Shown here piece after piece: positions 55,165 through 64,000 of a stretch of DNA of 64,000 nucleotides (within the stretch, counting starts at the first letter, position 1; every line of letters starts with the position of its first letter). A program made the translations under genes and the position numbers. The stretch comes from a virus. Lineage: Duplodnaviria > Caudoviricetes. The notes beneath the pieces were generated by a model that saw only the letters and a list, made by a program, of their open reading frames with translations, made no database searches and was not told the DNA's origin. The stretch spans positions 32,001 to 96,000 of the IMG/VR virus record IMGVR_UViG_3300033498_000048; one strand, given 5' to 3'.

Positions 55165-56733
55165 ATGACAGATTTATACACAGAAAACATAACACTCAAT
55201 ATGCGATTTGAAGGAACAAACAATTCCACAACATTCGTAGATGATTGTGAACAAGTTTTTATTACAAATGGAAATGCCAAACTCAGTAATGCTAAACAGA
55301 AATATGGAACAACATCTGGGTTCTTTGATGGTAATGGAAGTTATTTGTATCTGGCTGGAAATAATATATTTAATTTATCATCCGATGATTTCACTATTGA
55401 AGCTTATGTGAATTTGATTGCAATGCCAACTTCAGATGCTTGGCCCAGCAACTATTCTAATCACATGGTTATATGTGAAACAGGTTCTCCAAATGCTAGT
55501 GATGGTTTTGCATTCTTTATGGGAACTACTAAGTTGTTTTTGATGTCCAATGACCCTGTTATTTTCAGTGCAACACACAATATGGTAATTAACACTTGGT
55601 ATCACGTTGCTGTTACTAGACAGGCTAATACGATGTATATGTTTGTTAATGGAACGTTAATTGGCACTGATACATGGGCTGGAACTTGTGGTACTGGGTC
55701 TGAAACATACATTGGTTGTGAAACAGGACAAGGTGCGTGGTTTAATGGTTATATAGATGAATTGAGGGTAACAAGAAAGATAGCAAGATATACTTCAAGT
55801 TTCACTCCAATACAAATTGATACATTATCAAGATTACAATTTAGTCCAGAATTATATAATTCAAATGTTGTATTAAACCTTAGAATGGATGGAAACAATG
55901 GCTCGAATGTGTTTTATGATGATACAAACCTTAATTCAATTTCTGTTAGTAATGCAATACTATCAAATGTCCAGTCTAAGTATGGAACAGTATCTGGATA
56001 TTTTAATGGTAGTTCATATTTACAATTGACTGCTAATAGTGGATTAGATTTAAGTACAAGCGATTTTACAATTGAATTTTGGTGTTATTGTAATGATAGT
56101 CCAAATTCATACCCATCATATATTACATCTGGAACTACTTGGGTATCTGGCTCATTTGTTATTAGATTTGATGATACTAGATACCCAAGTAAATTTGTTG
56201 TTGCGTGGAATCCACTTGGAGATACATTTTTACTAACCCCAACTACCTTTTCATACAATCAATGGAGACACGTTGCAGTAGCTAGAGATGGTAAACTTGT
56301 AAGGTTGTTTATTGATGGGGTTATACAAGCAACTAACACAGTTACAGTATCACAAACGTTAAATCTTGCATTTGGTGGATATATGCGAATTGGGTACAAT
56401 TACTTGGATGTTACTAATGGTTACATAACAGACTATATGGATGAAGTTAGAATCACAAAGGGAGTTTGCCGTTATAAACGGAATTTTATTCCAAATAGAA
56501 TTGGTGGATATAAAACCATATCAGGTGTTGTTAATTCATCTAGTGGAATGTCAGTTGCTAATGTGTTGGTTAGGTTATATTCAAATACGGATGGAAACTT
56601 AATCAAATCAACATATAGTAATTTTGATGGAACATTCACATTTACTGGTATGTGGACTGGAGATTATTATATAACTTGCCACTATGATGATTATCCTAAT
56701 ATTATTTTAAATAAAAAGGTTTCAATAGCATGA
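55165..56733 (+). CDS. LamG-repeat virion protein
   Basis: Two repeats KYGT.SG.F.G..DFTIE..WYHVAVTR..GYIDELRVT; C-terminal TISGVV..VRLY..G module; GGAG RBS. Confidence 0.85.
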   Translation: MTDLYTENITLNMRFEGTNNSTTFVDDCEQVFITNGNAKLSNAKQKYGTTSGFFDGNGSYLYLAGNNIFNLSSDDFTIEAYVNLIAMPTSDAWPSNYSNHMVICETGSPNASDGFAFFMGTTKLFLMSNDPVIFSATHNMVINTWYHVAVTRQANTMYMFVNGTLIGTDTWAGTCGTGSETYIGCETGQGAWFNGYIDELRVTRKIARYTSSFTPIQIDTLSRLQFSPELYNSNVVLNLRMDGNNGSNVFYDDTNLNSISVSNAILSNVQSKYGTVSGYFNGSSYLQLTANSGLDLSTSDFTIEFWCYCNDSPNSYPSYITSGTTWVSGSFVIRFDDTRYPSKFVVAWNPLGDTFLLTPTTFSYNQWRHVAVARDGKLVRLFIDGVIQATNTVTVSQTLNLAFGGYMRIGYNYLDVTNGYITDYMDEVRITKGVCRYKRNFIPNRIGGYKTISGVVNSSSGMSVANVLVRLYSNTDGNLIKSTYSNFDGTFTFTGMWTGDYYITCHYDDYPNIILNKKVSIA

Positions 56734-59700
56734 CAGTAAATTATACTGATATTATTAATAATGATAATCCATTATGGTATTACCCATTACAAGATGTGTC
56801 TGGTCCAAACCTAATGGAATCTAATGGAAAAAGCTTTGCAACATCAACATCAATTGTATGTGAAACTAAAATGGATAACACAGCAATTTTTAATGGGATT
56901 AAATTTGATGGAACCAACTCAACTATTGTATTACCATTCACAACAAACTTTTTAGAGTTTTCTATTAGTTTTTGGTTGATTCCATTAACTGGCTCACAAT
57001 CTGGTGGAAGTGTAATCGGTCATCGAGATTTTATTGTGTTTCCATTTTCAATATCATTATCACAAGACGGAACACAATTAACATTTAGTTTAGATACGGG
57101 AAAAGATACATTAACTGATTTGAATTTAGTTGTTAATGTTATTCCAGATAAATTGTATCATATTGGATTCACACGCAATTCAATTAGTGGATTAAATTCA
57201 ATTTACTTAAACGGTATATTAGTTTCAACTGGAATATTAATTGGTACATTAGCATTCTATTCAGGGAATTGGATGATAGGAACATCGAATGAATATGGTG
57301 GAGGTGTTGGTACATCAAAAGGTAAGTTTATTATTAGCCATGTTTCATTTTTCGATTATGTTTTAACAAATGTACAATTCCAGAATCACTATTGGAATGG
57401 AATATCTAATGTGTATGTGAACGATTCATCTACAGTTAATGATGAACATTTTAATAAGGTTGAATTACTAACACATTGTGAACAATTGAATACAATAGCT
57501 GACCCATACCTAAAAAATGTGTGTTTGTTATTACATTTTAATGGACAAAACAACACTTCTGAATTTAAGGATGTTACAAACAAACAAATAGTTCCAATTG
57601 GTAATGCTTATATGAGTACAACTCAAAAAAAGTTTGGAACATCGTCTGGTTATTTTAATTCAGATTCTAAATTGCATATTACACATAAAGATTTTAATTT
57701 TGGATTAAATGATTTTACAATTGAGTTTTGTTTTTATTTACCAACTACAATTACCGTTGATAACTTTTCTTATATGTTTGATTTTAGAAACAATGTTACA
57801 CCTAATGGTGGATTATATTGTTATGTTGATTCCAATATGATATTGAAAGTTGTTGCAAATGGAATAACCATTAGCTGTAATACCACATTAACTATTAACA
57901 ATTGGTATTCAATTGTGGTTTGTAGAGATGGTGAAGCAGTAACAATATTTAATAATGGAATAATTGATATTGTGTCTCCAATGTCAGTTGTATTATCGAA
58001 TGATACATTAAATATTGGTGGTCCATATCAATATCAAGGAAACCCATCATTTCCAGTTTATATAGATGAATTTAGGGTTACAAGGTTATTATCAAGATAC
58101 AGATATGATTGTGACATTAGTGTTCCAATATCAGAATTTCAATATCAAATTGACTCAACCTACGATGGTTATAGTGGATATACAACATTAAGTATGGATT
58201 TCAATTACCCTAAAATTTGTGAGTTAGCTAGAAACGCAATTGTAATTCCAGTTAATTTTACATTAAGTAAAAATCAAATTAAATCTGGAACATCGAGTGG
58301 GTATTTTAATGGAGTGAACTCATATATTGAGTTAGCTAATATAGTAGATTATAACTTATCACATTTTGATTTTACAATTGAACTCGATATACATTTAATT
58401 GGTCATTCTAATACTGGTAATTCAATATTGGTTGCTAAAGGTAGTGAATTTACATTTTATATAACAGAAACAACTATCACAATTCAAGGATTCAATACAA
58501 ACTCAAATCAATCAATAGTTGGAGCATTCATATTCCAATTAAATACTTGGTACAATATTGCAATATCAAGAATAGGGAATGATTTGTTCATATATGTAGA
58601 TGGCAATATTGTGAATACGCAATCGTTTTTTGATATTGAACTTAATATAACAAATAGTCCACTACGAATTGGAGGTAATACTGAACACTTTTTTAATGGT
58701 TATATTGACAACTTTAGGATAACAAGAGGAATATCGAAGTACAATAAACGATATGTTCCAATGAAATTATTACCAATATTCCAACAGGGTATAACATCAA
58801 ATAAGTCACTCCAGTTTAATACAACCCAACGATACATATCTAGTTCAATAAAACGGTTTAAGAAAACTTCAATGTTGTTTAATAATTCAAATGGGTATTA
58901 TGATAAACAAATTGACTTCAGCAATAAAGACTTCACTATTGAACTATGGTACTATAAAATTGCAAATGGTGAAATTAATTCGAGATTGATACAAACTTCT
59001 AATGGTAGTACAATGTCTTCTATAGCACTAATTGATAATGTAAATGGAAGTCTATCATTTGCTTGTAGTATTGATGGTACAACATGGGCTAATGGTACAT
59101 ATCCACAAATATGTACATTAGTATTAGGTGTATGGAATCATATAGCAATCACTAGATGTGCTGGTGATGTATCAGTGTGGATAAATGGTATTTCAATGTA
59201 TTCATATAACATTGGAACATCAAGTTTATATTTCAATTCAAGCACGGATAAAATCTATATTGGAGGTGTTCCAGGAAATTCAATACACGGTTATATTGAT
59301 GATATTAGAATAACGTTAGGTGTTGCCAGATATAATAATAATTTTACTATTCCACAATTTGAATTTCCTGATTCAACAACATACACGCATTACTATAACA
59401 AGTATGATATGAATTTTAAACAGGTTGCGTTCCTATTGGGTGGAACTAATACAATAATTGATTGTAGTGTTAATAATATCGAATTAGTCTTATATGGTAA
59501 TTCCATCGCATTAACAACTGAAAAAACTGTGTTTGGAAAAAGTATTAAATCTACAAATCAATCTGATTACATCGTAACTAATGCACGTCAAGAGTTAAGG
59601 TTTAATAATTCAGATTTTACAATTGATTGCTGGATATTACCTATGACATCTTCCAATTCAATTTTATTAGATGGTCGACCAACAAATACTAATGGTGAAT

Positions 59701-60386
59701 ACCTTACAATCGGTATTAATGATAATAAACTTGAATTGATTAGTGGAGGTGTGATTATATTAACTAGCAATATTACAATTATTCCACTAACATGGAATCA
59801 CATATCAATTACTAGGTTGAATGATGTTATCACAATGTACATACAAGGAATAAAAGATACGTCCACTATATTCCATAACCAATTTAAACAAGATAGGTTT
59901 ATAATACTTGCATCAGCATACAACACTGGAGTATCAAATACATTTATAGGGTTTATTGAAGATTTAAGAATATCTCTTGGGATATGTAGATATATTGGTA
60001 ATTTTGAATTACCAACAAGTAGTTATTTAAAATCGAGTGATTTGGCATGGACACCATTTACTCCAATTGTAAATGACCCTAATGATATTGTGATTACGTT
60101 TCCAATGAATTGGGTTAATAATGAAGTATTGGATCCAGATAATATATTAATTAGTTTTGCTGGGTATAAGTTTACTGGTAAAGCATTGAAGGATGATTAT
60201 ACCCCAGCAAGTTTAGTTAGTATTCATAGTGAAGATGGAACTGAATATTATACACAAATTCCAGAACAAGTTACTGGTGCTTATTCTTTTTCCAATTTAC
60301 ATTATAAACTATATTACATAACAGTTGATTCGTCTGGAGATTACTTACCACATACTATCGGTCCAGTTTATCCAGATTTAATGTAG
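56730..60386 (+). CDS. Large multi-LamG virion protein (fibre / receptor-binding candidate)
   Basis: About five LamG repeats (DFTIE..WNHI.ITR..YIDD.RIT.G..RY); coupled to the upstream gene. Confidence 0.85.
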   Translation: MTVNYTDIINNDNPLWYYPLQDVSGPNLMESNGKSFATSTSIVCETKMDNTAIFNGIKFDGTNSTIVLPFTTNFLEFSISFWLIPLTGSQSGGSVIGHRDFIVFPFSISLSQDGTQLTFSLDTGKDTLTDLNLVVNVIPDKLYHIGFTRNSISGLNSIYLNGILVSTGILIGTLAFYSGNWMIGTSNEYGGGVGTSKGKFIISHVSFFDYVLTNVQFQNHYWNGISNVYVNDSSTVNDEHFNKVELLTHCEQLNTIADPYLKNVCLLLHFNGQNNTSEFKDVTNKQIVPIGNAYMSTTQKKFGTSSGYFNSDSKLHITHKDFNFGLNDFTIEFCFYLPTTITVDNFSYMFDFRNNVTPNGGLYCYVDSNMILKVVANGITISCNTTLTINNWYSIVVCRDGEAVTIFNNGIIDIVSPMSVVLSNDTLNIGGPYQYQGNPSFPVYIDEFRVTRLLSRYRYDCDISVPISEFQYQIDSTYDGYSGYTTLSMDFNYPKICELARNAIVIPVNFTLSKNQIKSGTSSGYFNGVNSYIELANIVDYNLSHFDFTIELDIHLIGHSNTGNSILVAKGSEFTFYITETTITIQGFNTNSNQSIVGAFIFQLNTWYNIAISRIGNDLFIYVDGNIVNTQSFFDIELNITNSPLRIGGNTEHFFNGYIDNFRITRGISKYNKRYVPMKLLPIFQQGITSNKSLQFNTTQRYISSSIKRFKKTSMLFNNSNGYYDKQIDFSNKDFTIELWYYKIANGEINSRLIQTSNGSTMSSIALIDNVNGSLSFACSIDGTTWANGTYPQICTLVLGVWNHIAITRCAGDVSVWINGISMYSYNIGTSSLYFNSSTDKIYIGGVPGNSIHGYIDDIRITLGVARYNNNFTIPQFEFPDSTTYTHYYNKYDMNFKQVAFLLGGTNTIIDCSVNNIELVLYGNSIALTTEKTVFGKSIKSTNQSDYIVTNARQELRFNNSDFTIDCWILPMTSSNSILLDGRPTNTNGEYLTIGINDNKLELISGGVIILTSNITIIPLTWNHISITRLNDVITMYIQGIKDTSTIFHNQFKQDRFIILASAYNTGVSNTFIGFIEDLRISLGICRYIGNFELPTSSYLKSSDLAWTPFTPIVNDPNDIVITFPMNWVNNEVLDPDNILISFAGYKFTGKALKDDYTPASLVSIHSEDGTEYYTQIPEQVTGAYSFSNLHYKLYYITVDSSGDYLPHTIGPVYPDLM

Positions 60387-60594
60387 TAATTTTATGTTTT
60401 TCAAGTGCTACTTTAATTTGTTAATCGGCTATTCCAAATTTGCCCCATAAATCGTGTATTGGAGACACGAAAGTTTTTCCTTTGATGTCCATATACTTTA
60501 AATGTGCATGGTATGAACATGGTAAAGAACATCAACTATGATAATAGATTCACCAACATTAAACTCCATTACTGGAGATGTTGATGTGTGCTTA

Positions 60595-60810
60595 TTAATT
60601 GAATGTTAGTTGTTTACCTTTATAAAGAGGATTTAAACGTTTTTTCGCATATTTAAACACCATACTCTTATTGAAATGTCCACGTTTAGATTTTATTGGA
60701 CAAAACAACTTGGCTTCAGTTGTATCATGTTCACTTTTAACTACTCCACAATTTTTACAAGACAAATCAGATGTTACAACTTTAGCCATTATATCAATTT
60801 GGTCATACAT
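60595..60810 (-). CDS. Small Cys/His-rich hypothetical protein
   Basis: CKNCG...EH...LFCP. Confidence 0.6.
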   Translation of the reverse strand: MYDQIDIMAKVVTSDLSCKNCGVVKSEHDTTEAKLFCPIKSKRGHFNKSMVFKYAKKRLNPLYKGKQLTFN

Positions 60811-60856
60811 TTTGTTACTCCAATATCATTGAATTGTGGTTGTTAAGCAATACAAC

Positions 60857-61225
60857 TTACCATGGAACACTTTCCCATCTAATTGTTTTAACTTCTATTG
60901 GATGAACTTTTGTTGGGTCTTCCCACACCAATTTACCACCAGTAACACCCCAATTACCGATGTAATCAAGATATACCTTATCTTGAGGTGCATCAGCATA
61001 ATATAACAATATCGTTGCAGTTGATTCAAAGTCATCTTTACACAAATTAACCTCTTTGCAGCGTAAAATGGACTTTTTGTTATTTCTTTGTAAATATTCA
61101 ATAATATCTTCTGGATTGTGAATATCGAATGCTAGTGCATTAATTTGTCCAGACTCAGTTTTATCAACCTCTTGTTGAATAGTTGACATTAACTCAGCAT
61201 ACGATTGTTCGGATAATTTTTTCAT
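60857..61225 (-). CDS. Hypothetical protein
   Basis: 122 aa. Confidence 0.7.
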   Translation of the reverse strand: MKKLSEQSYAELMSTIQQEVDKTESGQINALAFDIHNPEDIIEYLQRNNKKSILRCKEVNLCKDDFESTATILLYYADAPQDKVYLDYIGNWGVTGGKLVWEDPTKVHPIEVKTIRWESVPW

Positions 61226-61239
61226 TTGTGTGTTCCGTA

Positions 61240-61845
61240 TTATATTAAAGTTATATTAAACTGTTCTTCAAACTCACTAACTGTCAAGTTTTTTCTAGCT
61301 TTAACGATAGCATCTCTACCAAACTTAGCTGTAAGTGTTTTTAAGTCTAACTGTTCGTACAATTCTTTCCACACCTTTTCGATTGGAGTGTTTTTCAACG
61401 ATTGCCGTTTTTTAGTATCAGCCTTTTGTTTTTTTGATATATCCAATTGCTCAATATGATTATGGATAATGTGCTGTGCTTCTTGTAACGACATATTCAC
61501 TGGTAAATCATATAAATCAGATGGAAAGTTGTCAAATTTACCACTGGCTGCAATAACGCTATCGACATTTACTGCATCAATTATAAACATTGCAGCCACA
61601 TATGCAGCTTCGCGTGAATCAGCATAATAACCACCTTTCCACACCTTTGAAGTGTTGTGCATCATATTTGATTTGTCTGTAACTTTAGCGTGTAAGAATG
61701 ACACTTCTGGAGAAAACGGAAAATCAACATTAGCACGATTTGATAGGTTTAATGTAACTCCATAATACCCACATCTGTTGTTTGTGCGTTGTCCACATTC
61801 AATTACAACATCAGTTGATAATTCGTATAACATAATATTTCTCAC
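61240..61845 (-). CDS. Hypothetical protein, possible AP2-like DNA-binding segment
   Basis: NNRCGYYGV...W..GYY....EAAYVA. Confidence 0.5.
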   Translation of the reverse strand: MRNIMLYELSTDVVIECGQRTNNRCGYYGVTLNLSNRANVDFPFSPEVSFLHAKVTDKSNMMHNTSKVWKGGYYADSREAAYVAAMFIIDAVNVDSVIAASGKFDNFPSDLYDLPVNMSLQEAQHIIHNHIEQLDISKKQKADTKKRQSLKNTPIEKVWKELYEQLDLKTLTAKFGRDAIVKARKNLTVSEFEEQFNITLI

Positions 61846-61896
61846 TAAGTAATTTACGATGTTGAATATAACATACCCAACATCGAGTCAAGTCAA

Positions 61897-62085
61897 CTAC
61901 TCATTTAAAAGATATTTAACGTTTGGAGTATTGGATAGTTTTTGGCTTAACCAGTGTTCAAATGTAATTGACGCATTTAGGTTGAGTCCAGCATTAATAG
62001 CCATGTGGTGTTGATACTCATTGAGGTATTTTGTCATATCATCTTGTGATATGATTGGAACATCTTGTTTTACGATTGTTGTCAT
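61897..62085 (-). CDS. Hypothetical protein
   Basis: 62 aa, operonic overlap. Confidence 0.6.
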   Translation of the reverse strand: MTTIVKQDVPIISQDDMTKYLNEYQHHMAINAGLNLNASITFEHWLSQKLSNTPNVKYLLNE

Positions 62086-62666
62086 TTTGACTTTCCTTTT
62101 TGGTAAATAATTTCTAAAATTTCATTCAAGTTCCATGGAGTTTGATTCAATCTAGTATCAATTCCAACATCAAACATTTTACCAGTTGGTTTTCGTGAGC
62201 CATGCAAATGTCCGTGTAGCCACAAATCATAAGGTTTACTGGTCAAATCCTCAATCTCGGCTTGTATAAAATCTGGAATCCTACCTGTTGGGTCGATAAT
62301 CGGGTAATGTGAACAAATGATAATTAGACCATTGATATTCAATTCCATACATCCAGTGGTATGTGAAACTAACCTTGATTTGAATGATGTACTTGTTTTT
62401 ATACCACTATCGTGGTTTCCAAAACACATATGAACATTTTTACAGTTAATCCTATCAATGAACTCTACACACTTGGTATTTGAACAAAATCCAAAGTCTC
62501 CCAAATGGTACAATACATCGTCAGTGTTTACCATGCTATTAATTCCATTAATAATAGCTGTATTCATTTCATCTAGTGATGTGAATCCATTTCTAGTATC
62601 TGGACAATACTTTTGGATATTTTTATGATTGAAATGCCAATCAGATGTGAAGTAAATTCCACTCAT
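62082..62666 (-). CDS. Calcineurin-like metallophosphoesterase
   Basis: FTSDWHFNH, LYHLGDF, GNHD, SHYP, LHGHLH. Confidence 0.9.
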   Translation of the reverse strand: MSGIYFTSDWHFNHKNIQKYCPDTRNGFTSLDEMNTAIINGINSMVNTDDVLYHLGDFGFCSNTKCVEFIDRINCKNVHMCFGNHDSGIKTSTSFKSRLVSHTTGCMELNINGLIIICSHYPIIDPTGRIPDFIQAEIEDLTSKPYDLWLHGHLHGSRKPTGKMFDVGIDTRLNQTPWNLNEILEIIYQKGKSK

Positions 62667-62684
62667 GTTTAATATTCCTATTAG

Positions 62685-63188
62685 TTAATACATATATAAA
62701 TTAGTGTCAATCATGTTGGTACGGCTATCTATAACCTTTCCAGTTTCCATATAAACAGTATAATAAAAACCATCAATAACGCTAATCACAACTGTTAATC
62801 CTTTATTAGACTCGCGAGTTTTGACACATTTAACTTTATAATTGATTACACTACAAACTTTGTTTTCTAATCTAGCCAATATAACATCTAGTATATCAAT
62901 TTCAAACTCTGTTAAAAATAGGATTGTACCACAAACCTTATATTGAACTAAATTCAATTTTAAAATTTCTTCCTTAGCCTCATTTAACGAATCACATGAT
63001 TTGATATATTGACTATACATTCCATAACCAATTGAATTGGAAGTATGTCGATAAACATCATAACTAGGTGAACGTTTATTCTTGACTATTTCTGCTATAG
63101 TCATTCCAGATTCTGATTGATATAACTGATAAGTTGAATAACTATGTCTATACCACCGTGGAATTGTTTGTTTAACAAATTTTTTCAT
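62685..63188 (-). CDS. Hypothetical protein
   Basis: 167 aa. Confidence 0.7.
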   Translation of the reverse strand: MKKFVKQTIPRWYRHSYSTYQLYQSESGMTIAEIVKNKRSPSYDVYRHTSNSIGYGMYSQYIKSCDSLNEAKEEILKLNLVQYKVCGTILFLTEFEIDILDVILARLENKVCSVINYKVKCVKTRESNKGLTVVISVIDGFYYTVYMETGKVIDSRTNMIDTNLYMY

Positions 63189-63243
63189 AATTTATACCTA
63201 AATTGTGTTGAAAGTTAGTTGGATTAGACACAAATTATTTCCA

Positions 63244-63726
63244 CTATCGTGCGATTATGTTGGTTATGTTATATATTAACGTGGTATCATATCTCACACA
63301 ATCAATGATACACATTTTAACTTCGGAATCTTCAATTCGATTTTTGTGTTTCTGACTCAATTCACTAAACAATTTACCATCTAATTCTGGGTATACAGAT
63401 TTAACCTTGAAACCATCGTTCAAATATTCTAAAACTACCGATAAAATGTCACTGACAAAGGTGTATTTCCCTGTTGAATCTTCAGTAACCATTACTGTTG
63501 GTAAATCTACTCGTGACATAATCAATTCAATCACACCATCGCGTATTTTTTTAATTGCAGTGGTTTTACTCGTTTTTATTAACATTTGTCCAGACATGAC
63601 ACTTTTGTTTATGTCAAATATGGTTCTGATTTCACGTCTAACTAATAATTCGTCTATTGAGTTCATTTTGTGTTTTGTATGTTGTTGAATAAATTTATGT
63701 TGCACATGATACAATCTATTTTCCAC
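63244..63726 (-). CDS. Possible degenerate DUF262 (ParB/Srx-like) domain protein
   Basis: IELIMSRVDLPTVMVTEDSTGKY and F.ELS....NRIED resemble DUF262; DGQQR motif absent. Confidence 0.45.
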   Translation of the reverse strand: MENRLYHVQHKFIQQHTKHKMNSIDELLVRREIRTIFDINKSVMSGQMLIKTSKTTAIKKIRDGVIELIMSRVDLPTVMVTEDSTGKYTFVSDILSVVLEYLNDGFKVKSVYPELDGKLFSELSQKHKNRIEDSEVKMCIIDCVRYDTTLIYNITNIIAR

Positions 63727-63750
63727 ATTGTCAATAAAATATTCAGTGTG

Positions 63751-64000
63751 CTATAATTTAATCATTTTTGGAGTAAAACCACCTTGATAAGTGCCTGGAA
63801 TTGGACATAGGTTGTCACCACGCACATCACAATTAGGTAGCTGAGTTATTGTGTTGTACCAGCTTTTAGCATACTTTTTGTCCACTTTACTAGATTCAAC
63901 CAGTAAATGGAATCCACTCCTAGTTTCGATACACGTTAAACAATCGTTGTTTATTTCACCAATTAATAATGGTTTAATTTCAGATATTGAAATATTATCA
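63751..64000 (-). CDS. Partial ORF (3' end); AEP/prim-pol-like T.SG.H motif possible
   Basis: Manual translation ...IETRSGFHLLV...DNLCPIPGTYQGGFTPKMIKL*, open from the window end. Confidence 0.6.
   Translation of the reverse strand, partial: DNISISEIKPLLIGEINNDCLTCIETRSGFHLLVESSKVDKKYAKSWYNTITQLPNCDVRGDNLCPIPGTYQGGFTPKMIKL

Noticed and set aside
60403-60410. aagtgcta as a repeat half-site after the LamG operon
   Set aside because: Only 8 nt match and the rest of the arm is absent; could be chance.
37-63688. Short opposite-strand ORFs in the track (e.g. 976, 5225, 9292, 12042, 14965, 16088, 28656, 35370, 45377, 63407)
   Set aside because: Shadow ORFs fully overlapping better-supported genes, with no RBS or motif.
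1-64000. Recoded stop codon (TAG read-through, as in some large phages)
   Set aside because: Long ORFs are intact under the standard code, and TAG ends genes next to the following RBS (e.g. 831).
1-64000. tRNA, rRNA or other structured RNA genes
   Set aside because: None recognised by eye; tRNAscan-SE/Infernal not run, so small RNAs (e.g. near the TROVE gene) are not excluded.

Overview
Low-GC (roughly 30% by eye), gene-dense segment of a large T4-like (jumbo myovirus-type) phage genome. The assignment rests on T4 late-promoter motifs (TATAAATA and variants) ahead of virion genes, a PAAR spike-tip gene, a Dda-like helicase, T4 capsid-targeting-like N-terminal leaders and about 15 sigma70-type early promoters. 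Most of the window is minus-strand accessory/early genes: a DUF2828/TROVE-vWA protein, radical SAM, two ATP-grasp proteins, NADAR, an HD+kinase fusion, MazG-like, nucleotidyltransferase, adenine methylase, metallophosphoesterase and many hypotheticals. These are interrupted by plus-strand late modules: four LamG-repeat fibre-like proteins, a 1330-aa protein with a PARP-type H-Y-E ADP-ribosyltransferase domain, PAAR and an HNH-like gene. The standout non-coding feature is a dispersed family of 68-bp palindromic elements: 19-bp arm AATCAATRASTTAGCAYTT, a 30-nt core centred on TAAYTA, and the inverted arm. About 30 intact and about 12 degenerate copies occur in about 14 intergenic loci, arrayed with a 94-96 bp period. 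Core halves and linkers are reassorted among distant loci, elements bracket single genes, and arm-like sequences mark the ends of a chimeric and a truncated gene. This suggests (inference) an undescribed repeat-directed recombination/shuffling or origin/enhancer system. No cognate recombinase, tRNA or CRISPR array was seen in the window. Counts and coordinates were read by hand.
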